Of a stretch of 64,000 nt of DNA, positions 49,263 to 60,409 are shown piece after piece (the first letter of the stretch is position 1; the number at the start of each line of letters is the position of its first letter). The position numbers were made by a program, and so were the translations under genes. Below the pieces are notes generated by a model. The model was not told the DNA's origin. It ran no database searches and was given only the letters and a program-made list of their open reading frames with translations. The stretch is from Raillietiella orientalis (Eukaryota): positions 2,418,001 through 2,482,000 of the forward strand of contig JAYWIR010000006.1 of the NCBI GenBank assembly GCA_036172245.1. Reading direction: 5' to 3'.

Positions 49263-52059
49263 GTGCGTCTTCCGGAAAAACTTACCGTCCTCTTCCCCCT
49301 TTCCACCTTAACCTCTCTGTCCATCCTTTTCGTGGCTCCGGAGGCGGCGGAGGCCGGTCGGACGAGCTGCCGCGGCGTCCCGTCTTCGCGCCACCGCCGG
49401 ACACGAGCGGAGCTCCGTTGACGCTTCTGGGCTCCCTTCCCGCAGCCCCGGGGTCCGAGGGGCAACGGCGAAAGAAGGAGGAAGAGCCACTGAACTCGCC
49501 ACCGGATGGGCAGGTGGATGCAATAAGTTCAAACTATCCGGCGGTGCTCACCGCTTGCCGGCACGCGCTGAGGGGAAATCTCGGTGCGGGCGCCACGACG
49601 TGGGGGGGGGGGAAGAGGGAGGGAAAGAGGCTGATAACGGCCTACAGAGCGACGGCGATGAGGAGAGGAAGAAGAGGGAGGAAAAGGGACTGGCGACGGT
49701 CTACAGAAGAGAGGAAAGGAAGTCTACCGAAGGGAAACCAGGGAAACCACAAGGAGGAGGAAGAGAGGAGAGAAACGCGTTAGGTGCGTCCAGCTGGTTC
49801 CCTTGGTGGGCGATGCCAGCCGCGTCGCTCCTCCAGCTCGGAGCCCCGGAGTTTTGCAGACGGCAGCTCCGCTCGCTGGACACCCGAAACCCTTCGGATC
49901 TGAGGCAGAGTGTGGCAGCTGATGCGTCTTCAATGGGAACATGTGCTCCGTGGCCGCTTGCCCTCCGAGAGGCAGCTGGACGCACACCAGAGGGAAAAGG
50001 AAGGAGTGGATGAGCCTTGGACGGACTTCGGGAAGGCTTGGAGCGCATTGCAGCCACCCTGGGGCGTTCGTCCCTGCGATGGGACGGGGGGGAAGGGAAA
50101 GGGTCGCCGGCGGTAGCTACGCGGAGGACAGCGGAAACTTGCCCCATTCCCCGCCGTGGGTCCCTCCCGCACCTCAGGGATCGCGGCCTGGGGCTCGGGG
50201 AAGAGGAGTAGGAGTGACGTCACTAAAAGTCGTCTCGAGCTGCCCGTGGGGTTCGCGGCGGCAAGACGATCACCCGCCTCCGAACCGTAGTCTCGACCCA
50301 CGACCCTGTGCGGCATGACGTTCCTGGAAGAGGGGAGAAGGAGACTCCCTGAAGAGAAGGAACCCATGCCGCGCCGGCCAAGGTCTTTGGAGGCCCGTCC
50401 GAGAGAGGCTTCTTTCCTCGGGCTCGCTGCGGGAGGCCGGAGCGAGGACCTGCGATCCCCCCTGGAGCCTTTTCAGACCGTCCGATCCCCGAAATGGAAT
50501 GGTGCGGGCGGTTGGGCGCGGCGAAGCCCGATGGAAGTCGATCGGTTGGTCTCCGAGTCGATCCTGGAGGCGATGGCCGAGGGAGGAGGACCGGTCGCCT
50601 TGCGAGCTCTTCGGGCAGAAGCACTCTTCCCCCTCCCGAAAAGGGGTGGGAGGAACGAAGGGAATGACGAGGTTCTCACCTCGTCTCTCCGGGAAGGGTG
50701 AAGAAGATGCGGGTCGGCCCCACCTCTGGACGCTGCTGTCTATCCACCGCGCGGGGGGACGGCGCCCGGCGGGCTGCACCCCCGGACCCGAGGCTGCGGC
50801 CATCTCGAGATCGCGGCGCTCCTCGGGGAAGGCGGTGCTCCGTAATGAGAGGATAAATGAGGTCCAGATCTGCGGTTCCCTCTTGGGCTGCATCCCAACG
50901 GGAAGTAATGGACCTCCCGTAGGGAGCAGGAGTAAAGTGAACATCCCGGAAAGCAAGGCAAGGGGGAAGAGGGCGGCTCCTGGACTAAGGGGAGTCTGCA
51001 GCTGGGGATCCCCGCCGAAGGGAGGGTTCCCCAGTTCGAGAAGTTTCAGGGCGACGCTACTGCTTCCGCCGGAGTGACACGCGGGGCATCCGGGGAACGG
51101 CGAGCGGTGCCGGTTGCGGCGGAAACGCTCCTGGCAGAGGAGTAGGTGGGAGAGAGCCTTCCGGGAGAGACGGCTTCCCCATCCGCAGGGTATGCGTCCC
51201 GCGGCATCGTCGACGGCGCCGCGGAGCTCTCGGAACGGGAGGCATCCCGCGCGGTATCGGCCCGAGAACGGTCTATTTTCCCAGGGTCGTGAAGCGCGGC
51301 GCCCGCCGGTAGCAGCTACTCGGTCCGGATGCGGGCCCCAGGCAGTGCTCCCGCGCTGGCGGAGGCCGGTCCAGCCGCCCGCGGCGGGAAATCAGACGAG
51401 GAAGCTGCCGCTCTCAGCAGCGCCCACGCAGCAGAGACGAGTCCGAAGGGCAGCCCCCGGACCCCACGCATCGAGAGTGGGCGTCTCTGAGGTGGTGGAG
51501 TTAGGTTGCTGCTCTCCGGCCCCTTCGAAAGGTTCTCTCGAGGGCCTGAAGCTTCGAACGCCACCAGACGGCAGCAAGGGCTCCCCCGCTCAGCCTCGCC
51601 TCCCCCGTTCCGGGATCCGAGAGCGCGGGGGGAACCAAACCTGCCCCTTGAAGCGTTGACGTGGGTTTTCGCGCTCCCATCTGCCCGCTCCGTCCTCCTA
51701 TGCTTCCTCCGGAGCAGAGGGGACAGCCGGACCGGCAAGAGAGACCTCATGAGTCTTCCTCGCGCTCGAGGAACGGTCGCCTTCAATCTGGAACATCGCA
51801 TCGTGCCAGGCACTCGCATAGGGTTCGCCCCGGAAGGGCATGTGGACGCACCCGGTTCAAGCCATCTGGTGGCGCCCACTGCTCTTTGGCATGCGCAGGA
51901 GGAACTGCCGGTGCGGGTGCCACAACGAAGTAGAGGAGGAGGAAGGAAAAAAGACTGGCAATCGTCTCTTCCTTCCCCTCTTCCCTCCTTTCCTCCTCCT
52001 TCCTTCTCTTCTTCCCTCTTTCCTTCTCTTCCTCTCTCCTCTTCCTCCCTTCTTCCCCC

Positions 52060-52226
52060 TCTTCTTTTTTCTCGTCCTCCCTTCTTCCTCCTCCCTCCAT
52101 TCTCCTGTCCTGTCTAGGACGTCTGCCCGCAAAGATCGTCGGGTCTTGGACAGCAGGTGGGTCTGAAATCGGCGTTTCGACCGTAGCGTGCCCACCCGGA
52201 GGCTGGGGGTCCCTCGAAGGCATCCC
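52060..52226 (+). repeat. Inverted-repeat arm 1 (pairs with 53937-54110)
   Basis: GTCCTGTCTAGGACG...TTGGACA..AG.TGGG..AATCGGCG..TCGACCG.AGC.TGCCCA is found reverse-complemented at 53937-54110. Confidence 0.8.
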
Positions 52227-52524
52227 AAGTCAAGCCAGCTGGTGGGCTTCGCGCGCGCTCGTGCCTTCTCCCTCCTTTGAATCACCCTGTCCTGCTGCCC
52301 CGAGACCTGCAGATTCTTCGCAGGAGCACGACCCTCCCGTTCCCCTCACCTCGTCCTGGACTTTAGATCGGGAGCCTCCATTCGGGTCTCCCCGGCAACC
52401 GGAAAGAATGAAGCCCTCTCACGGAGGTTCCTTTGAGACTCCAGGGAACCTCCGAAAGGAGCTTCCTCTCCTTTGATCTCCCGCTTGCGGCGCACATAGC
52501 CTCCTTTGGCTTCTTCCGTTGTAG

Positions 52525-52756
52525 GTTGTTCCAGCAGAACAGCTCCCTCATCAGCCTATTCGAGAAGTTCCAGAGTCTAAAGACTGTGGAGATGCAGGCG
52601 AGCAGTCTGGAACTTCGGGAGCACGCGGCCATCGTCATGCGCATCCTCAACGAGGCCATCAACTCCCTTGACAACATTGACGCCTTCTTCGACTTCCTGT
52701 ACCGCGTCGGCCAAACCCACAGGAAGATCCCCGGTTTCCGGAAGGAGTTCTTCTGG
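52525..52756 (+). CDS. GbXL: GbXL central exon (helices B-G; CD1 Phe, distal E7 His, proximal F8 His)
   Basis: Acceptor ttgtAG at 52523-52524. Reads (R)LFQQNSSLISLFEKF...SLELREHAAIVMRILNEAINSLDNIDAFFDFLYRVGQTHRKIPGFRKEFFW. The donor GTAGGC at 52757 is phase 0 (G7.0). Phases match both neighbouring exons. Confidence 0.95.
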
Positions 52757-52983
52757 GTAGGCGCGCGCCGGAGGAAAGAGGGGGGAGAGGGAGGAGATCC
52801 CTGCCCCTGCTCCCTTTACCTCTGTTCCCCTTCTTGTGTCGCTCTCCAACCCTGTCTGCTCCCTCCCTCCAGCAGCGAGGTGGGGCGCCTCCGAGGGAAG
52901 GAGAGCAGAAAATTTTCTTCCTACCCCGTTTCTCGCCGCGAGAAGCTTTCGGGCCCTCCCCACCGCACTCCCGGTCCCCCTTA

Positions 52984-53125
52984 CGCCTTCCAGTGGGGAG
53001 GTCGGACGACTCCCTGGGGCAGCCGGCAGGAGATGCGTGCGGTGAGCAAAGAGCTGCCGTGGAGAGCACCGACCACGGTCGCTCCGACAACGGGCGGCGC
53101 ACTCCATCTCCTCCTCCCACTCCTG
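52984..53125 (+). repeat. ~140-bp interspersed repeat, copy 1 (globin intron 2)
   Basis: Direct repeat of 55004-55135 (CGCCTTCCAGTGGGGAGGTCGG...GAGAGCACCGAC). Confidence 0.85.
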
Positions 53126-53346
53126 GCTTCGAATGGAAGAGACCGAGTGCCCCCGCCCTCCGTCCTTCTGAGGCTCCAGGGATCCTTTCGCTCGCCTGCA
53201 GCTTCTCCCCTAACAGGGATTCCCTGCGCAGGGGTGGGGGCCCTTCCTGTTCCTCCCCGCGTTCCCATCCCTCCTCCCTCTCACGTGGGTCTTTCTGCCT
53301 TCACCTTTTCAACGTGACCCTCTGACCTTCTTCTCCCCTCCCCTAG

Positions 53347-53655
53347 CACATGGAGAGACCCTTCCTGGAGGCGGTCAAGCAGACCCTCGAGGACCGCTAC
53401 ACGGAGCACATGGATGTCATCTACCGCATCACCATCAAATTTATCCTGGAGACGCTGGTGAAGGGGTACAGCCTGTGTAGCAGCCCCACCGGCGAGGGGT
53501 CCGCGTGCTTCGCTGTCAACTCGCTGCTCTCTGCAGGAGCGCGGGAGCTGCCGTCCAAACTGCAGGAGCTGCAGATTGGAGAGGACGCCGCGTCCGGCGA
53601 TGAGGGCAGCTGCCGGTCCAGGACGCCGTGGACGAGTCCCCCCGGGTGCCGATGA
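53347..53655 (+). CDS. GbXL: GbXL terminal exon (helices G-H plus C-terminal extension)
   Basis: Polypyrimidine tract and ccctAG at 53345-53346. Reads HMERPFLEAVKQTLEDRYTEHMDVIYRITIKFILETLVKGY...PPGCR* with TGA at 53653-53655. Confidence 0.9.
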   Translation, partial: HMERPFLEAVKQTLEDRYTEHMDVIYRITIKFILETLVKGYSLCSSPTGEGSACFAVNSLLSAGARELPSKLQELQIGEDAASGDEGSCRSRTPWTSPPGCR

Positions 53656-53660
53656 ATAAA
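53655..53660 (+). terminator. Putative poly(A) signal of the globin gene
   Basis: AATAAA overlaps the stop codon (TGAATAAA). Confidence 0.45.
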
Positions 53661-53936
53661 GGAAGGGAAGAGAGAAAAAGGGAGAGGAATGGGGTGCGTG
53701 GGGAGCCTGGGATGGTGGGCGGTGGATTCCTGGACGCTCGCTCCGGCTGGAGAAGATCCACTTGGCGGGGCTGTGACCGCTCCAGCTGGAGAGACAGCTT
53801 GGATGGCGCGACCGAGCGCGGGGCTCACCGCCGGCTCGGCTCGGGGCGCCGGCGGCGCTCTGACATCACCCAGCCGCAACGATCTCGCGCTCAGCACCCA
53901 AGCACCCATCCTGGCAGGTGCTCGGTAAGAGGGAGA

Positions 53937-54110
53937 GGGAACTCCGAGGAACCCTCGGCCGCCGGATGGGCATGCTGCGGTCGAGGCGCCGATTGCAGCC
54001 CCATCTGTTGTCCAAGGCCCGGCAATCTTCTCAGGCAGGCGTCCTAGACAGGACGGGAGGATGGAGGGAGGAGGAAAGGAGGAGGAAGGGTGAACGAGAA
54101 GGAAAAAGGG
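53937..54110 (-). repeat. Inverted-repeat arm 2
   Basis: Reverse complement of 52060-52226 with scattered mismatches. Confidence 0.8.
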
Positions 54111-54934
54111 AAGAGGAGGAGACATCCAGGGAGTCTACCGAGCCATGTGAAGACAACCTGAGGGGGGTCGCCCCAGGATGACCTTGGAACATGCCCAAGG
54201 GCTTCCAGAAGGTTTGGGGGTTCTTTGAGGAGGAGGTCGAATTGTCGGCGCCTCGGGAGAACCTAGAGAGTCTACCGTTCTGTCGATTTGGAGAGCAACC
54301 AGTCTCATAGGAGGCATGGACTCTCACCCCTAGCGGCAGTAGCAGCGGCTCCCCAACGGTCCGGAAGCTCCGTGGCTCCTGGCTGGCGGAGTCCCTCGCG
54401 AAACGCTCCAGTGGTGCCTTCCCGGCGAGCATGACTCCAGGCGGTTCCTGGAGCGGCACCCGTTTGTCTGGGACACGACCCGCTGCAGCCCCCCTGCGGC
54501 TGTGGGTCGAGGAGCCGCCACCGGTCGTTCCTGCTCGGTCGTCTCCGCTCGGTCGCAGCCTCTTCGCAGGGCCCCCCGCGGCACGCACGGAGGAAGAAGC
54601 ACGGCGACCGTTCTCCAGGAGTCCCAGCAGCTCCCTGCCTCTCCTTGCTCCCCAGCTGCCGCTGCACCCTTCTGCTCGGCAGGTGTCGCTCCCGCAAAGG
54701 AAGTCTCTTTCCAGTGTGCGAGCGCTGCTGGCGACGGACGCCTCCCTCTCCAGAAGCGGAGACAATGGTTTCCGAAATAGACCGACCCTCCTCTTCCGCC
54801 AGAGACAGGTGCAATAAATTCGCATCGGATGCAGGCTCCTCCCTTCCCTGCTCGCGGTGGAGACGGACAAAAAAGGCACGGAGCAGAGCAGAGGAAATCC
54901 AGGCAATGAACGATGGGGAGAGTTCATTTCCACG

Positions 54935-55790
54935 AGGGTGCCCCGGGGCGTTTGTTTAAGAAAATAAGCATCAGCAATTTCTGTGGTAGCACCCCGCCGA
55001 CCTCGCCTTCCAGTGGGGAGGTCGGATGACTCCCAGGGGCAGCCAGCAGGAGACGCGTGCGGTGAGGAAAGAGCTGCTGCGGAGAGCACCGACTGCAGTC
55101 GCTCCGGCAGCGCGCTCCGTCTCCTCTCGCTCCTGTTAGGAGCATTGGTCCAAACCAAAAGGAACCTGCCGGGTTGCTGGTACACAAACCGGTGAGCTCT
55201 TCCATGGTAGCAGAGGGAAGGGGACAAACAAAAAGAAAAGAAAACAAAAATTAAAAAAAATAAATAAGTAAACTTTGGAGGGTGCAGGAAGGGATCACGT
55301 CCTGCTAGGAAGAATCGTTCTGCACCCTTTCGAGGATGCTGGTAAGTTCTCTCTCTGCATAGTTTCCAGTTGGGGCCATCTTGTTACCATCCTCATGGAG
55401 CGGACGGCAAGTGGATGACAACCCTATCGCTCCGTCCTCTTGCATTGCTTCGGGACGCTACAATCCCAAGTAGACAGCAGAGAGCTGCTAGCGATGCTGC
55501 TGACTTAAGGGCGTCGCGTACGAGGAGGGGTCCCTGGATTTGTCGTAGGGAGTTTCTAGGGTCGAGGCAAAGCGTTCTCAAAGCGGCCGGAGGGCAACAC
55601 AATCCATAAGCATGAGCGACGGAAGGGACTCTCGTTGCCCTCACTTGCTGAGGCCTGTACTCACCACCACCCCCTCTCGGATCCAGCGATGTCTACGGGC
55701 GTAGCAGGGGAGACCCCAGTGCAGCAGCATGAACGTCGACTCCTGTCACTTGAAAGGAAGGGTACGGGGAGAATGGAAGTGCCTGGCTTG
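54935..55790 (-). mobile_element. 3' fragment of the L1/Tx1-like family, interrupted by a ~130-bp repeat
   Basis: Minus strand: MLLHWGLPCYARRH, MDCVALR and RWPQL. The UTR is homologous to other copies, and the terminal variant AAACAAACGCCCCGGGG lies at ~54941-54957. Confidence 0.75.
55004..55135 (+). repeat. ~130-bp interspersed repeat, copy 2 (inside a LINE 3' UTR)
   Basis: Direct repeat of 52984-53125. Confidence 0.85.
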
Positions 55791-58356
55791 CAGCTGGTGG
55801 AACCGGGAAAAAAACAACCATGCTGATCCAGAAGTTGACAAATTGAAAAGACGTCTCCAGGGAGAAAAACCAATTTTTTTTTTTATTTCGAAGACAAAAA
55901 CCCAAGAGTCTCGCACATGGTGATCTGCTGCCTGGTTTCCAGCGAGCAGCAATGGCAACAGCAGCAACCTTCCGTTCCTGGAAGGCCTCGTGGCTTCGGC
56001 AGAAGCTCTGCAGTGGGCTGCTGTTTTTTTTTCCCCTCCCTGCAGGGCAGATCCATGTCTCTAGGGAAAAGCAGGCTGGCCGCTCGTCTGCGTCAGCTGC
56101 ACTTCCAAGGACGTGCAGGTGCAGGGACGCACCTGCACGCCCCTGCACCAGGGTCCACTTCCAAGGGGTTCCCTACCCGAATTTTTTTTGGAAAAGAGAA
56201 CCACACGCTCTCCTGGACACTCATAGTTGGGAGAGCCGAGAACTTAGCAGAACAAGGCAGCGGCGAGTCGGGGGGAGGGGGAGGGTATCCAGTAGATTCA
56301 CCTACGGGTCACGCACCGCATGTGTTTTGACTGTTTTGCGCCGGAAGTCGATGCGGTCAGTCCCTGAGAAAATTGCTTTGGCGAGCGCGCACCCTTTTCG
56401 CACTGGGCCGAGGGATAGCAGTCACGTGGCCCCTGGCCGATCGATCCGCGCGCGCACGCCCTCCCAGTGAGGCGGACCAAACGGGGATCCCGGCACTCGG
56501 GAGGGAGCGGTCATCCAGAAGACTTCCAACTTTTTCCTTCCCTTCTGTGCCCGGATTGCATCGGCGCTTCGGGCAGCTCCACCGCGCGGCGGCGGCCAGG
56601 CCGGCGCCACCGCCCCCCGTGGCGAGCTGCGCTCGACGACGGCACTTTCGTGCCAACCGGCGTGCGGGACCTTTTTGCTCGCCGTCCGGTGCGTTCCGTG
56701 GTGGACGGCTTCCCGCCTGAGCCACGTGCCATGCAAGGGAGCGAATCGGCCGCAACGGGAGCGCAGGTGCCATTAAGAAACGCCGTCGGCCCACGCACGC
56801 GCAGATCCGCAGACGTCCGTTCCCACTCGAGCGCGTGCACGCGTGCCGCTGACTCTCAGATGCGACACGCATGCTCCCTGCTTGTGAGCAAACAACCACG
56901 AGTTGCTGACTTCGCGCGCGCGCGCCGGACCGAGCGAAGGCGTCCGCACTTTGGACGTGCACAGTCCGGGGAGTGGGGCCTCTCTGCAGCCCAGGCTGCC
57001 CCCTGTTTCCCACCCAACTACAACAGAAAACAAAAAAAACAAAAAAACAAAAACGAGCGAGCCATCTCGGAAGGACTCTTGGGAAACAAGGCTGGCCAGG
57101 AACAAGGGCCAGGAGCGAATAGGTGCGAGCAATCGCTTCTCGCCACGTCCGGGGTCGGGATTCGCACGTCATCGGGAACGACCGGCGGAGGTCGCACAGC
57201 TGCTGGGATTCGACGAGGCACGGGCTGGTTCTCGGACGACCCTGCGGAGCCCACGGCACGGACGTTCTGTTTCTGAATCTGCAGCGATCGCAGCTGCAGC
57301 ATCGTCTGGAGCAAGCAGCATCCGCTACCGAAGATCGTGAACGTCGGCAGGGAAGCAGCTCGGAAAGGGGGAGGGGGGAGGGAGGAATGATGCTATCAGC
57401 CGTCGTTCTCTTTCTGTTTCCAGTATTCAACCTTCCGTGCCCGCACGGTCGCCTTAATGTTTCTCAAGAACTGGATGACGCCACCCGTGCCGATTTGCAG
57501 CACAAATTGGAGAGCAACCGCTCCATCTCTCTTCCGTTCTCATCTCCTGGAAGGCACCTTCGCAAGCAGTAATGCTTCACTGCTGACGCTGACGTATGCT
57601 CAGCGCCGCGAACCGTTCCGCCTATGCTTCCGCGGTTCCCGCTGAAATGCAATCGAAAGAAATGGCGTGGGCCCACTGTAGAGGGAAAGAGGAGGGATGG
57701 TGAGTCAGCTGAGGAGAACGAAAGGTGGTGTCTCTTGCTCTCTGATGATCTCCCTCGCACTCCTCCCAATCGGGCAGGTCATTTTGCGGAGATGGTTCTG
57801 CGCACCCGAAGAAAGGGAGGGGGGAGGGGAATCGCCCCTTCAAAACTCGATTTTCGCACCCTCTCCCGAAAATTCCGGGAAGGATCCTGGATTGCAGCGA
57901 TCGGAAAGATCGGCGGCAATGGGAAGTCACTCGTCAGGAATGCAAGCTCCAGTGTGCTCCGGCCAGCGGCACGGTGGGCTGCAGCCCAACTCGCTCAACA
58001 CCGTGTGTTGGTTGTGGTGTGCAAATGGTAGCACAGGAGGGTAAGCAAAAGGAATCGCAAGAAAACACGAAAGCGGCAGCCGGATCGTTTCTTCTTCTTC
58101 TCCTTGTGCCATTCCGATTTCCTCCACCGAGATTCCACCGTGGACCTGTGGAGCTTCGCGGCTGCTGCTGTCGCTGCTGCTGTCCGCGCTTCACTCCCGC
58201 TGGACTCATCCTGGAATTCGGGTGGCTCCCGCCGAAGCTGCTCGGTTCGTGCGGGCCAGAAAGCCAGAGGGGCAGATTCCGACAGGGGGAGGAGTCGCGT
58301 CCAGAAAGAGACCCGCGTGACCCTCTGGGACCCGCGAGATCGGAACGTTCAAGATG

Positions 58357-58376
58357 TTTATTCATCACACTTTAAT
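58357..58376 (-). terminator. Putative poly(A) signals of the SLC7 gene
   Basis: ATTAAA (58371-58376) and AATAAA (58357-58362) on the minus strand, 10-30 nt after the stop. Confidence 0.5.
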
Positions 58377-58386
58377 GCACCCTACG

Positions 58387-58457
58387 CTAATACTGCTCCG
58401 GGGGCTTCTCGGTTGGAGCGATGTTGAGGAGAAGCTGGAGATTGCGGTTGATCTTAC
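58387..58457 (-). CDS. SLC7 transporter terminal exon
   Basis: Acceptor T13-CCAG. The phase-1 join gives (G)KINRNLQLLLNIAPTEKPPEQY* with TAG at 58387-58389, resembling the SLC7A9-type 'LQll.V.P' C-terminus. Confidence 0.85.
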
Positions 58458-58570
58458 CTGGAAAAAAAAAAAAAGGGGGGGGGGGAAAGGGTTTTTTTTT
58501 TTTGGTGAGGGGCGTGGCCTTCTCCTCCGATCCGTAAGCGCGGATCCCCGCGTCCCAGAACAGTACTTAC

Positions 58571-58739
58571 CCATACCGGGGATGCGCAGCTTATAGCGGA
58601 CGAACGGGATGTACAGTATGGCTCCCAGTATTATGAAACAGGCTGCATAGATGTATTCTATCGTCACTTCCTGGATGAAGGGAGCGACGACCATGCACAC
58701 AGAGAAGCTGGTGACCAGGATGGGGATGCAGATGTTGAT
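58571..58739 (-). CDS. SLC7 transporter exon (TM11-TM12)
   Basis: Follows a 54-bp GT-AG intron (58740-58793). Reads INICIPILVTSFSVCMVVAPFIQEVTIEYIYAACFIILGAILYIPFVRYKLRIPGM, then G|GTAAGT. Confidence 0.92.
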
Positions 58740-58793
58740 CTGAAACGTGAGGCAGGGCAGCGGCTTATTAGGGTCACTGCCTCTTCCACTGAC

Positions 58794-58943
58794 TTTGTAA
58801 GGTCGCGGGAGGTCCTTTTTGGTGAACCTCAGGACCAAGAGTGAGAAGCAGGCCCCTCCGTAGAACAGCCAGGCGCTGAAGCCGAAAACGTCAATGAGCT
58901 GCTCTATGTTGGATGCGAGGACGAGCACCAAGGCTAGGAAGCT
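58794..58943 (-). CDS. SLC7 transporter exon (TM9-TM10 region)
   Basis: Acceptor tttgtccAG, then SFLALVLVLASNIEQLIDVFGFSAWLFYGGACFSLLVLRFTKKDLPRPYK|GTCAGT. The 'LR....l.RPyKV' motif is an SLC7 hallmark. Confidence 0.92.
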
Positions 58944-60409
58944 CTGGACAAAAAGAACGGGAGGTGGATTAGGGGCGCGCGTTTCACTGGCGACGAAGAG
59001 TTCGTTCACTAGAGCGCAGATTCGCAGGGCGCTTCGAAGGGCGATCGAGGCGGTTGAGCATCCAGACTGCCGAAAAAAAAAAATAAGCTCATCAGTTCTC
59101 GCCCTCAGGCGGACCGGAAGCTAATCTGAAGAGCCAATTCGGGAATCCCCAAAAGTCTAGTCGTTAGTGACGTCAGCGGCAATCGGTAATCGACTTCCTT
59201 TAGCTTTCAAGAGAGACCCAGATGCTCAATGAGCACACAGGAGGAGGGAAAAGAAGAAAAACATCGTCAAAATGGAATGCAACTTCAAGGACTGGAGGCT
59301 GCTCTAGGCGAGGCGCCACGGAAGTGCCAGGCAGCCTCGTCCTCACGTTGCCGCAAGTCAACGTGCTCATAATGAGCTGCGCAACACTCCGAGAAGTTGC
59401 TGTTTCGTGGTGTTCACAGAGGGAGCATCCACTTTCGATAGTGGCGTCTGTGCTTCCCAATGATGCTGCTAGTGTGCTTCGGGCGCCTGCTAAACCAGAG
59501 GCAGGGAAAACATCCACGCGCATGGTCCGGCAAGCCCTGCCGATGCTGCAACGTTCGGTCCGGGCATTGGGCCGTCCACCTCGCCCGGGCACATGCCATC
59601 TTCGAATCATTTCCTTTTCTCTTCCCCTCTCCGAGAGTCTGCCCGTCCAGCATCTCCGCCGCGGGAGAACTGACATGAGTGCGTTTCTGCTGCGAGGACT
59701 ACGCCTACGTCACACCGACGACCACGGTTTCCCGTCCCCGGCAGTCGGGAGACCGCGAGGATTTCGCGACTCCGATGTCACTCTCAAGTTGCCCGAAGCG
59801 GCGGGAAGGACGGCGACGACGCGACCGGAGGAACCCTCCGAGAGCCTTGTCCACCTAGCCAAGCGGGGATCAGCGCAAACCGCTCCACGCCCGGAAGGGG
59901 GCGTCCCTGATGAAGCAAAAACGGGCGGCGGCTCCAGACGTGGAGCCTCTTCCTCCCTCCCGTCGCAGAGGAAAAGAGAAAATCAAGCCTGGAACGTCGG
60001 CGCACAGACCTCGTGCGACTGAGCGAGGGACCAAGCTGCGGGGCAGGTTGATCTTGGAGCAAAAAATTGATGGACCGGGAAAGATGAAGGCCCTTTGGCT
60101 GTTTGAATGAAAGAATTGCAAGGCGGTCGAAGTGAGCGGCCCCCGAATTTCGCTCCACGGGAACGCGAGGATCTACAGCTACTCGGCTGGACCAAACGTG
60201 CCCACGTGACCAGGACCCGAGCACTCTAATGAGGACGCCCCGAGTTTGTTTTCCTGGAGGTCAACGTGGCTCGAAGGTCGCTCTCGGTTCAAGGAGGCAG
60301 GACCTCCTCCGTGCACGCTGTCTTCAGCATGCAAAGCAGCGCTTACATATCTGCAACGATCCTTCGAGGACTCCTCGGCTGCTTAGTGTTTCTTTTCTTT
60401 TTCAACCCT

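Noticed and set aside
50300..51060. Degenerate LINE RT on the minus strand within globin intron 1
   Set aside because: Motif echoes are too eroded to support by eye.
52433..53317. 294-aa ORF taken as a full globin
   Set aside because: Only 52525-52756 is globin-like; the rest is intron read-through.
58365..59009. Single 214-aa ORF taken as the transporter CDS
   Set aside because: It reads through introns. The spliced model with GT-AG sites restores the SLC7 sequence and the correct C-terminus.
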